A program made the position numbers and the translations under genes. Shown here piece after piece: positions 24,830-37,600 of a stretch of DNA of 64,000 nt. The notes under the pieces were generated by a model. That model saw only the letters and a program-made list of their open reading frames with translations. It made no database searches and was not told the DNA's origin. The DNA comes from Gordius albopunctatus (Eukaryota), in contig OZ193909.1 of NCBI GenBank assembly GCA_964276515.1, positions 19,964,001 to 20,028,000 of the forward strand. Reading direction: 5' to 3'. The stretch's first letter is position 1. The number at the start of each line of letters is the position of its first letter.

Positions 24830-26010
24830 ATAACGGGGCATCCTGACCTTGTAAGTGCATATAATTAGAGATGGCATCAACATATGGAAATAGGGGCATA
24901 GGGTTAGATACATTTGTATATTGAGCTATAAGACGATTTATATTATAATTTATAGAAGCGTATTTTTTATTTGTTTCATACACTCTCTTGCCCTGAGAGA
25001 GATGTGTAGTAAATCAACATTAGTTTTTTCTTGCAGGTCTTGCAGGAAATCAACAAACACATAAATAGTAGGGTGGGTTTGTTTGAGCCCACTTCTAAGA
25101 GCATTATGAAAACCTTCCAAGTGGTTGTTGGTTCGGGGCCCCTCTGCATCAAGCCGTTGCCACATATCATAGAGGAACAAGGGGTCCCTCTCAAGCCCAA
25201 CCCAGGTATTGTGGATGTACAAAAAAAAATCTCAATTTCTCTATCGCCGCGCACATTGGGCTGGACCATGCAATGGGTCATGACATCGCGGATGTGCCCT
25301 CTCTTCACAAATGGTAATGCTAAAAGACGAAAAACGCTGCGCTTAAAATCAGCGTTTTATGAATAAAGAGTGTTCATTTTGCCAGACCCAGCGTGTCGAT
25401 AGATTGCCTGGCCAAAATGAAACAAGCAACCTAAAAATTATATAAACAAAACATTAAATTTTACCCTTTATAATAATATTAGGGAAACAGACTTCCAAGG
25501 CCCCGATGCTTGCCCGTTCAAAATCAACCTGTGCATAGTTTGGGGCAAAACTAGCTGCAAGGTAGCACAAATCTGAATAAGTTTCCTGAACACTTTCTTA
25601 TAAGTATCTTCGGTTTTATCAGGCAGAAGTGTATATACTACCGGAACCATGTGCTCCCGGTAATAAGAATGAATTGTATAAATCTAAAAACAACGTTACG
25701 GATATATTATAAAAATGTAAATACTTGAGTAAAATGTTGCTTATCCTTTCTTTAGGGTCATCCAGAACCGCATTTTTTAATGCAATGTTAGTGATTATTT
25801 TTTCATATTCCCCAATAGGGGGCGCGTGATTGTGGGGACGCAATTGAGAAAAAATTCACAAAACCTCTTTAACTCTGCCAGAACATGACAGTTTCCGGCA
25901 TCCGTAGTAAACGGTACCATTCTTTTCCATATTTTTACGGTAAAGATATTTTCAAAATAAAGCAAAGTTCCATTGTTTGACGGCAAAAACTCGGGAGCAT
26001 TGACTAAAAA
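24830..26010 (-). mobile_element. MULE (Mutator) transposase pseudogene
   Basis: FTQ|IYTIHSYYREHMVPVVYTLLPDKTEDTY, KG|CLFHFGQAIYR and RTNNHLEGFHNAL, plus an upstream HNH.P region. Frameshifts and an internal deletion; TIRs not identified. Confidence 0.85.
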
Positions 26011-26220
26011 CTGTGATATAATTTACATTAAAAGAATATTACTTTGGTTATTTGTCTGGATTATTTGGAAAGCATACAATAATATTTGAGCATCTTCAAG
26101 AGAACCTTATATTTATACATTAAATCCTTTAAATATTAAACTTTACTTGATGTAGGAGTAACGTTATCAAGTGTTGATTCAGTCAGTATGTTTATTGGCC
26201 CTTGTCGGATATTTGTAATA

Positions 26221-28156
26221 CAGCGTTTACCTCAACTTTTGCACTTCGTTTGGATCTCCCGCACACTAGTAGGAGAGAAAAGGGGTAATCAATCATAGCG
26301 TCTAACATGAATCGCTCATTCCTTCTCTCCCCTTCGCATGTAACACACTCCTTCCCCAACCTTACATCTTATTTTGCAACTCATACACCATATTTCGCAC
26401 TTTTTTATAAAATGGTCCTTTTTTGTATAAGTTAGTGATTTTTTTTTTCAAATTTTTTCTAGTATAGTTTAAATTAATTAAACTTAAATTTTTTAGTGAT
26501 TATTTTTTTTTATTTAAAGTTTATTCAACCTTAAAAATATTTCCTGGATAAAAATCTAATTTGACTAACTCTTTCCGTCTCCCTATTTGGCATGTGGCAT
26601 GTACCTCACCCCTTTTTTACCGTGAAATGTGTTTTGGGAACTCTTGCAACTGACCCTGCACCTTTAATAATTTTTTTCCATCTAAATTTGTTCATTATTT
26701 TGGTATTTTATAAAATGATGGATCAGCAAACTCGAAAATTGGCAATAAAGCTTAGCCAAGATGGAAAATCCTATGTTGAAATCGCAAAATTACTAGATAT
26801 ATCGCGGTTTCAAGCAATGAGAGCTGTTAAAAATTTTTGCGAAGAAGAGAGAGATTATTCCAAAAAGTGTGCTGGGCGACAAAAAAAATTAGATGTACCA
26901 CATGTCAATTTCATCCAGGAGGAAATTGACAAAAATTGTTCGCTGTCCCTAAAAGATTTAAGAAAAAAAATTAAGGATAAATACAATCTCGATGTTTGTC
27001 CTACTACAATCGCCCGGGAAATCAAAGGTTTCCATTATTCATTTAAACGCATAGCAATGATTCCTGAAAGACGCAACGACGAAGACGTTATTAATAAAAG
27101 ACGGCAATCGGCAATATATGCAAGAGTTTTGCCGTTTTTTAGCTCTCGATCTTAACATCATATTCATGGATGAAACGGGGTTCAACGTATCGATGAGGGC
27201 TATTTATGGAAGGGCAGCTACTAACGAAAGGGCAATAAAGAAGGTTAAAGCCATTAAAAGCCGAAATTTAAGCATGTGCTGTGCAATAACAAGGGAAGAA
27301 TTAATTTATTACAAAATTTTGAACGGTGCCTACAATAGCGCTAAATTTAACGACTTTTTAATTGAATTATTTGAATACCTATCGACTAAAAATATTAAAA
27401 ACTGCATCATCGTAATGGACAATGTTCCATTCCACCATTCCCTGTTAGTAAAAAATACCTTGGCAGCTTTTGGTCATAAAGCTTTATATTTACCATCATA
27501 TTCCCCTTTTCTAAATCCTATAGAGGAGGTCTTTAGCAAATTGAAGTTCATCGTGAGAAAAGGCGAACCTCAAAATGAGAGGGATTTATTAACACTCGTA
27601 GAAAATTCTAAATCCGAGGAAATTTACATTTTACATATACAATAGTACATTAATCGTTAGATTACTTCAGAAGATTGTCGAAACTATTTTTCCCATGTAA
27701 AAACATATATTGACCGGTGTTTGAATAATGAAAATATTGATTATTAAATTTTACATGATTTTCGTTTGTTTTATATATGCATATTTTATTGTATTTTACA
27801 TTATTTTTTCGACAATAAATGTATACATGACAAAATTTCATTTTTAAGGCTGAATAAACTTTAAATTAAAAAAAATAATCACTAAAAAATTTAAGTTTAA
27901 TTAATTTAAACTATACTAGAAAAAAATTTGAAAAAAAATCACTAACTTATACAAAAAAGGACCATTTTATAAAAAAGTGCGAAATATGGTGTATGAGTTG
28001 CAAAATAAGATGTAAGGTTGGGGAAGGAGTGTGTTACATGCGAAGGGGAGAGAAGGAATGAGCGATTCATGTTAGACGCTATGATTGATTACCCCTTTTC
28101 TCTCCTACTAGTGTGCGGGAGATCCAAACGAAGTGCAAAAGTTGAGGTAAACGCTG
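26221..28156 (+). mobile_element. IS630/Tc1-mariner DNA transposon with ~318-bp TIRs
   Basis: Near-perfect TIRs at 26221-26538 and 27840-28156, starting CAGCGTTTAC; TA target duplication at 26219-20 and 28157-58. Confidence 0.95.
26715..27747 (+). pseudogene. IS630-like DD34E transposase (disrupted)
   Basis: HTH N-terminus, FMDETGFN, VMDN-(34)-E within YSPFLNPIEE, and an ITSEDC C-terminus. Broken by a 7-bp duplication at 27102-27115 and interrupted by a 42-nt intron-like insert at 27619-27660; reconstructs to 327 aa. Confidence 0.9.
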
Positions 28157-28619
28157 TAAGTGTTTTATTAAATATCCAAAATAAAAGATCCAGTGTTATA
28201 AATGCGATAACAATGAATAATAAATAAGCGAATATTTATATTAGTGATAAAAATGTTGATATATTGTTCTCGAAGGATAGGTATGATATTTTTGAAGTAG
28301 GATGTGTGATGATGAAATTTCCATGGATAGATGATTGAAAAACAAAGTAATGAATGTCAGTTAGTTACTTTTATCCCGCCAATGTCTAAAAACGCCACAC
28401 CCTTTATTAAAAATTAAATATATTTTATATATTTTAACTTGAAAAAGACATAATATTATTTGAGATATTGTTATCAATTGTCATGGAAGGTAGAGAGGCT
28501 TGTTCTATAAAAAATATTATTATGTCCGTGACTAAACCGTCAGTCCAAAATTAGGTCAGAGAATATTATGTCCTCGAATATATCGTACGTCCAATATTAG
28601 GTCCGAGAATAATTCGTAC

Positions 28620-28975
28620 TTCCGATAAATATTTTATTCCAAGTAAAAATTATGCCACAAACGATTTATATCCAAGAAAATTTATTAATTCATATTGTCT
28701 GTGCGCCGATGTTCCCTTTCGTTCGGATACACTTCTTTTTTTCTCGTGTCTTGCACCCGTTGTCATTCCTTCCACCAGTTGTTATTGCCTCTGATAATAC
28801 TCTCTTTGTGTGTCCCGCGCCAGTTGTTATTCTCCTTTGCGTCCTTCCCGTTACTCTTCCTAGATCTATTTTGTCTCTCACTTGCTATCGTCCCGCACCT
28901 GGTCAATGCCGCGCCTCTCGTTGCTCGTCTTCAAAGAATCCATATGTGACATATATGACAAATATATAATTCACA
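28620..28975. repeat. Unclassified dispersed repeat (homolog of 14600-14990)
   Basis: Inverted similarity to 14600-14990. Confidence 0.7.
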
Positions 28976-29809
28976 ATATATTTAAATTGAACGTGTATAT
29001 TCGCTTTAAGTACCTCTAATAGTTTAAGGATTTATTGAATTCGCTCGTACACTATTTATAAGTGTTTCCACTAAGACTAAAATTGGGTTTTTATTTTGAG
29101 TTAATTTGAATTCGATGGGCATATCAAATATAACAGTAGGAATAGGAGCTGTGGTTTGTGCAATATATATAAAAATATAATAAATAAAATTAAATATTAA
29201 TAAATCAATAAAATAAGTGGTTTTTAAAATCTGATTATAAATAGTTTAATGAATGTTAAAACATATATTTTATTAAAAATTCTGTAAAAAGAATAAGCAA
29301 TTCTAAAAAAATAGTAAAAAAGTTAGAGTGTAAATTTGTTGCGAAAACATTAAAATTATTATACTCTTTTGAAGTTGAGAATTTGTTTTTTGATTGGACT
29401 TTAATAACTTTTCCTTTGCCTCTAATTCACTTCTAATGCTTAGAAAGAGTGTAATATTGTGAAGTTTGGCTGGGTTGCCTGAAAATGAATTATACATTAT
29501 TAAAGGATAGGCTATGCAGTAAAAAGGCATAACTCACTGCAATTAGAGTTATCAAAATGTTTTATGAAGATCATACTTTTTAGTAAGCATCTTAAATTTA
29601 TAGTAATCATAATAAATATTAATAAGACATAATTGTAAAGTATTCAAAATGCATACTTTATATGTAGTTAAAAATATTGTAAGTAATTTTGCCCTAAACA
29701 CATCAGATAAACTTACAGCTGTTCAATTTGAAATTTGTCGCTTCGAAAAAGTCTCACGATTGTGAGACTTTTGACCCGAAGGGATTTTACCGGTTGCCCC
29801 AAAACGCTA

Positions 29810-30246
29810 GATAGACTGCTCATTCCATATGTTCCATATGGTGCATTTTGTGTCAAATTATCCACCATTTTAAAGGCTACGCTACAACTAGTGTATTTCA
29901 ACCATGTCATTTTGCGCTATAACAGTCACAATTTACCTCTCTCACTAGTTTATGAATTAAAAGGGACGTCAATAAATTCGTATTATACAAAATATTGATG
30001 GCGCTATATTATTAAACAAACTTTAATCGCAGTTTTTACATTTTTAATTTTTATCTATTGTGTAAATGATATTTATTTTAAAATGCTGTTTTTGATACCT
30101 ACCTAATTCAATATTTTTTATTTACCTTTTTAAGATTATTTAATTTGCGAAAATTACTAATTTCTATAGGATCACCACTTTAAAATGTGCCTTTCAAAAT
30201 GATGGAATAACGGGTAGACGTTTTGTGCTTTGATGAGCAGTCTATC
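29810..30246. mobile_element. MITE with TA flanks
   Basis: TA|GATAGACTGCTCAT...ATGAGCAGTCTATC|TA. Decayed ends of the same family lie at ~35628 and ~37272. Confidence 0.7.
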
Positions 30247-31626
30247 TAGTCTATGATTATAGCAGGATCCTTTTGAAACAATGGTAATCTGGGATTGATA
30301 AAATGAGAGGGTGGAAATGGGTTTAGATATTTCGGTCGTCCAGCAACCATTGTGTTATGAATAGAATAAAATTTTAGCAAAAATTTAGTAAAATCAAAAT
30401 ATAATTTTTTAGATACTTTTGAAGTTTATATGATTTTGAGAATTTGCATGAGCAATAAAGGAGTGCTCGGATGTAATGATTTCAATAAATACATTTTTTG
30501 ATAACTTTTGTCATAATTATCATTTTAGCTTTATTTAAAATTTTATTTGTCCAGTTTTAAAATATCAATTTGCACTACGTCTCTAGAGATTGTTACATTT
30601 ATATGGAACCTTTCGATTTTTTGGCTTATTAATATTTTGTCATGGTCAAAGAAGTAAAAAATGTTATAACTTTAATCGAAAAGCTTCATCTACGACTCCA
30701 TTTACTCTGTATGTTAGATTTTAATTTAGTAGTGAGTCTTTATTAAAATTTTAACAAAAATAACGGATGTATAAACCTCACTAAATGGCTGACTCTTAGC
30801 AACACTAAAAGTGAAATATATACCAACAATGGCATAGCTAGAATATGGATTGACGGATAGCAAACCTTATAGTTGTAATAATCATTTTTGTAGTTACTTT
30901 GTTTTATTAAATAAAAATCTGATGGGACGGCAATCAACCTAAGACGGCCATGGAGGGTTGGCGTCTGTAATCTGCTACAAAGCAAAAGGATTGAATTTAA
31001 AAATCGCGTAGTAAGATCCATCAGTTTCATTAACACTCAATTTGAATGCATCTAATATTAATACATATTTTATTATTCTTCCTTTGTATTTTAATGCATT
31101 TGCGATTTGTATAGTGATTATATACAGGTATTTATAACAAGTATCAGCGTTTGTACATTACATGTTTACATTACATTACAATTATAAGTTTATAAACAAC
31201 ATTATATGACATATTACTAAGTTAGAGTGGGTTTAATCAACGAGCGTATTAAAATCATTAATTAAGGCATTCTGGTTAATTTTAAAATTCAGAACTCAAA
31301 TTATATACATTAAATTATAGTTTATATGTATATCTTTGAGATTATTTTAATTGCACTGAAGTGGTTGGATGGTTAAGAAAAGGTAATTGTTAATTCGTAA
31401 GACGTTTGGATCAAGTTAAACGCGCAACAGCTAAATGCCCTCAATTTTGTCGTATTGGTTTGTGTGTTGTATGATGCTTGTGTAAAATGGTGTTGATAGG
31501 TTTGTCGTGGAATGGAATTTTAAAATTTATCACGAATCTCATCATGCATACTAACTTTCTCCATCTGCTGCTTGACATAGTTGTGGGATGTTTTATTGGC
31601 GAGTTGAACCCATTTGAGTTAGTTAG

Positions 31627-34600
31627 TTACCTACGAATTTTCATAGGTCTATTTTCGATGGCCTCTTCCGTAGTAAGGGCTCTATCATCTTTCCTCTTGT
31701 GCGAGTATATGATGAATATGATACTAGCGGCTATGTATAAAGCAAGGGCCAAGCATGTCATGTAAAAACATACTCCATATCTCATGACGGCGTCTTTAGG
31801 GAAGGCGGCGGGCAAATACTTTTCTTCGTACAAATGTGACGAGATGACCATTTCGATGGTGACAAAACAATTAGCCGCTTTTAAAAAAGTAAAAGCAAAT
31901 TTAAAAGAGACTATCATTAATGATTTCATGTTAAAAGCAAAGAACTACCTTTAAAAACTCATAAATAATTTAGAAGATCGCCGCCAGTTAGCTTTAATAT
32001 TTTATAAACTAAATCCTAACGCGTTACTTGCTTAAGTAATCCCTATTCAGTTAAAAAACTTTCTCGATTCAAAGTAATTAAGTTTCTTTCAAAAGTTTTA
32101 TTTTTGCATTAGTATAAAAACATAATGTATTGATAAAAAAATTTAGTTTATACGATAATTTAGTTGGATAAAAAAAAGAAATTCTTATTCAATAAACGAT
32201 TATTTTAAGTATAAAGAGAGGTTTAGATTTATATTGTTAAAAGGTATATTTGAAAAAAAAATTGAAAATTTTAGTCTAAAATTCTGAAACCATCTAAATT
32301 ACTTATTTGTTCTTTCATCTATGTTTTATCAAAGAGAAACAATCTAAATTGTTTTTCCTCTTTTACCAGTACAATAACTAAAAGCAAGTAACACTCTGTT
32401 GAATGGGTCTAAGGCCTTTTCATTTTAAAATCATTTTGTAGTGATTGAAAAAATGTCACAATCTCCTATTTTCTGTCAAAATCTTAAAAGTATATGACAT
32501 GATCTTTAATTGAAAATCCAAAGTAATATAATCATTCTGAGAAATGAGACTTACCAGATAAAAAGTATAAGAAACCAGCTAGTCGTTTAAACATGTAACG
32601 CGGTTCAGTAAAACTGTATATAGAAAAGATGTGCGCTATCGACATTATGAAGATTGTAATAACGGCAAATGCGCCTTCAGCTCTGCTATAATCTAAACAG
32701 ATCAACGATATACAAACATTTTATAAAAATTAAAAAATTAAATATAAAGTAGGTAAAAAAAGAATAAATTAACTTCTGCTTTACGAAATAATTAATTTAC
32801 TTTATGATTTTAATATAACATAAATATATATGTGTGTATATATACGTAAGCTAGTTTCATCGGTTCTGGGATTATTTTCGATTTCTTCTTTGGACGGAAA
32901 CATAGGGTGGGCATAGCAAGTAACTAAAAAGTATTTAAACAATAAATTATTAAAAATCTAACAAAATAAAGCTTGTGTGTGAGGTTAAAATTTAAATCTT
33001 TTTATTTTTTATATTTCAATTTGTTTGAGAAATTAATAATATTTTTGTAAGACATAAAATTAATGTGAAGTTATTTAAGATCGGAGATTTGCTAAAATAA
33101 ACGGTCGTGAAATCTCAAAATTAGATTAAAAAGGTCTAGAGCAAATTTTATTAATTTATACAATTATTAGAAAGATAATAAAAGTCAAAAAAATGTTCGC
33201 TTATCATTAGGCATATTGCATTAATTATGTATTAAAGGTAAGTGACTTTTTGTAGATATATCAAGGATATCCTAAAAAAATATTCATTCGATTTTTACAA
33301 ACATAGTCACATAATCATAAGCAAGAACGACTGTCTAACTGCTTTCAGAAAATGTATAAACCCGAAATTATTTAATTTTTTTTTGATTTTGGCATATGTT
33401 CATAAAAATAAATTTGGCTTTAATAAAATACACTTTTTGGTATTAATATAAAATGTTAATACCTTCCTTTAGGGCAACCTTTAAACATTTAAAATAATCC
33501 AATATGATTATCAGTTATGCATTTTGACCGGTGTTACCATAAGGCAGTGAAACATGAAAAGGAATTTCAAGCCAGAGAGATGAGAATAATACGGTGGAGC
33601 TTGGGTTAGCTCGACCAGATGACGAATGACTTTATCATGACGAATAATATGGGTATTCAACAACCTATGGCGGAGATGATTAACGAAAATCGGCTAAGGT
33701 GGTATGGGAGGCATATACTAAGAAGGGACACGAATGACCTAAGACTCGAAAAGTACTGGACATGGAGGTACCGGGTAGAGAGGAAGAGAACGACCTCGTG
33801 TCACGTGGAAAGGGCAAGTTGACAAAGTTAGGAAATCTAAGAAGATTAATAAAGACCTGACCCCCGATCAAGATGGAAGAAACTCATCAAAACAAATCTC
33901 ACGACTGTGGGACCAAATACATGATAAAGAAGAAGTTATTTTAAACGCTAATTGCCTCGGTTAAGTCCTTCGGACTACCTTTAAAAGAAGGGTCGATTAA
34001 TCAAATTTATATTTTATCCATAAATCATATTTTAAATAACAATATAAATCTTTAATTTATTTTCAAATTATGCAAGATACTAGGACTTTGAGCCAAGTTT
34101 GGACAAATAATGCATTGGACTCGAGACGATTTGATGAAGAATTAAATTTCGTTAATTTTATAATATTTTGATATAAAAAATCAAAATGGCCCCCAAAACA
34201 TTAAAACGGTTTGAGGTTTCAACAACGCCATCTCATCATCCGAGTTTTAAAAGGAATACACATGGGCGGGGCGAGTTGAATTATCAAGGTCATAATCATG
34301 CTTATGTAATAAATATAATTTACTACAAATAATTTAATAAAATAAAACATAAAATAAAATAAATTAAAGGCAATCAGTGGTCATTAGCTAGTCTATTTAC
34401 GAATGCAAAATAAAAGACTTTTACTAAAAATCCGTATAAGTTTCCACGGCAATAATTTAAAAATTAAAAGTTGGACATGACGGACGGATAACCAAAAGCG
34501 AGCCCATAAATTGCATAGAAATTAATATTATACAATAAAGGATGATTGTGTTGCTATAGTAAAGTTGCCAATTTAATCGATTTTTGGATCATTCCTCATC

Positions 34601-37600
34601 TAGTATTTTAATATTCAGTCACTAATTAATTTAATTCCTATCAAAAGGGGCATAATCTTTTTCCACTTAAATAGGTATATTTGAATATTTAATTTCGATC
34701 TTAATTTATGTGGGAAAAAGGCTAATGCACGTTACTTAACCTCGTAAAGATCGATATTCGTAACTTTAAATACAAAATCAAAATCGAGCCAGAAACAAAC
34801 CCATAGCCGAAGCCAGGATTATAACTAGAGGGGGGGGCAATAGTGATTAAGGGGAGGAGCAAAATGATTATTTCTAATTCACCTATAATCCTATTAAGTT
34901 TTAAATTCCTCTCTTTTTCCCCTGGCTACACCCATGCACACAGACCCCTAAAATACTCACTAACTTATAATTTACAAATTATACCTAAAATAGAAAAATT
35001 TTGATTCGACTCTACCTTCTAGTCATTTTACAAAAAAGATGAAAAGTATCACTAATGGCTTTAATAATAACCTCTAGAATCTGACTGAGTAGCACTTAGC
35101 CTTTGATTGTGTTGTGTGCCCTGATTGCAAAAAAGGCATTATCTGCCATACTAAGAGGTTATACTGCTAGCTCTCCTTCAATTATTTTTAATTGAACGGA
35201 TGTAATGGTAAATTCTTATTATTTCCCTCCAATTTTATCATTTAAATTGATTGACTAATAGAATTTTTAATTTTTATAAATTATAAAAAGCAAAAACACA
35301 TTGTAACAAAGACTAAACTTTTTAAAAGTTTATAAAGCAATTCCAAACTTATCCCTGAAAAAATATCCTTTATACAATATCTAAATTTATGAGAAAATAA
35401 TAGCTTTAATTAAAAGGAGAAACCTATAAATCCAAATTATAGTTTAGGTATCACAAATTAATTATAAAATAATTTCCTCCTCCTATGAATTCTGGTTAAA
35501 TACGTTTAGATTAAATAAGAAACAAATATGGAAATTGTATAAAGGATGATAAATGTACATAAAAAATCATTTATATAATTATTGCAAATATTGCATGTAC
35601 ATCATATGTCTAAATCTAATCATAGACTAAATAGAATGCTCAATTCATATGTTTCATATGGTAAAATCTGTACCATTAAATCCAGCAATTTTAATATGGC
35701 AAACTTCAATATTTTTCTGCAGATCCCCCATTGTTCAAACATTAAAAGTAAATTTACATTCAAATAATAAAAATAAATGATTATTTAATATAAATTGCAT
35801 AGCAATTAAAAATGCAGATGGCAGTAATTGCTTTATCATTACATCATCCCCGTATTTTTATTTTTATTAATTGTAAAAATGGTAAATAATATCTTGAAAT
35901 GTTGTTTTTAATGTTTAGTTCAAAAAACACTTTAATTTATCAAGATTACTATAAACTAGATAGCATTGTCATGTATTTAATGACGAAGCCAAGGGCTGCT
36001 CTCTTATAAGGAATACGCGTAAGAGTAGATAACGGTCGGCTATAGATTATTTAATTGGCTCCGGAAATTGAGCTAAGGACATGGGCATAACCAGGGGGGG
36101 GCAGAGAAGGTAGGCTGCCCCCCTCTAAATCCTAAAATTTGTTGAAATTTATTAAAATCATGACTAAAATTTCAAAAAATAATCCCTTTGCCCTTCCCTA
36201 AATCATAATTGCCCCCTCTAATTTCACTGCTGGCTACGTCCATGCCTAAGAAGGTTATCGAAAAAGCAGGGTTCCTTGGAGCTCGCAGGCTATAAATAAA
36301 GAGTTGACCCGAGAAAGATAGGAGAGAAGTAAAACTGTTACCAGAAAATTCCAGAATTCTTGAAAGCGAAGGGCTAATTAAAATTTGGCGAGAACTAATT
36401 AAAGAAACGAAAAGCGTTTCAAATATTGGAACCCAGCCGGAGGGTGAATGATATAAAAGTCACGTGGTAATCAAAGAATATCAGAAAGTTTTCATAACGC
36501 TTCACGTGCTTAGCAAACCTTTTATTTTACCCCAATATTTCCCCCCAACATTTCCCCGGGTAATCCTGGAAGAATATTTCCCTTATCCTATATATATTTC
36601 CCTAAATTGTTAAAATGTGAAGGTTTTGTAATAACGGATGTTCTATTTTTCTTAGTTGCATAAACAAGCCAAAGATTTTTGGACTAAACCCGAAGGTCGA
36701 CCAAATAAAATCGAGCCCTTTTTACAAAACACCAATTGTGAATCGTTATATTCGCCATCGAACGTGTAATATTATTCGCATCTAACCCCCTTCCTGATCC
36801 CTTGTGTACCCGTGACCTGGAAAGTGATAATATCGAAGGTGGAGAAATAAATTTGAGTTTGATGAAAGTGGAATTCCCAGAAGGGAAATTTTGTAAAACA
36901 GAGCGCATCTACTACCCCTATCCTCGCCAAGCGTCCACAAACATAAGGTAGTCATTTCCCAAATCTAAGATTATCATGTGCCTAACTAAGAGGAGGGTAA
37001 GGGAAGGGCAGCTGCCCCCCCCTCTAAATCCAAAATTTTGTTGAAATTAATCAAGATTATTGCTAAAATTCCCTAACCCTAACCCCCCCCCCCCAATCAT
37101 TATCGCCCTCCCTCTAATTCCAATGCTGGCTTCTCTTGAGTGCATTCTTTATAAGGGAAGTAGCCCCTGGGTTCGTCATTACACTCGTGACAAGCATTTC
37201 CTTATTTGTGCTCATTTCAAAATGGCGGAAAAAAGGGTACACACTTTTTAAACGTTCATGAGCAGCCTATCTACTCAATGATTGTAATGGACACGAGGCA
37301 GAAAGCATAAATATATTAATTAACCCAAACATATCAAGTGGCCTTATCTACATCAGCCCTGTTTACTAGTACTGATAAAATAGCTATTTCTATATTATAT
37401 AATAAGATAAACTATTAATTGCTATGCAATTTATGGGCTCTCTTTTGGTTTCCTCTCCTGTCTGTCATGTCATTTTAAAGGATATTATAAAAACGTTTTT
37501 TAAATATTTAGAAACATAATTTTAATAAATTTCGACAAATTGTTGGATTTAGAGGGGGGCAGCCGCCCCTCCCTGCCCCCACTTAGCTACGCCCATCCAT

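Noticed and set aside
27061..27155. Programmed ribosomal frameshift joining the two transposase ORFs
   Set aside because: A 7-bp tandem duplication fully explains the shift.
36250..36960. Decayed non-LTR RT fragment on the minus strand
   Set aside because: Only a faint resemblance (QVTGTQG); not supportable without a search.
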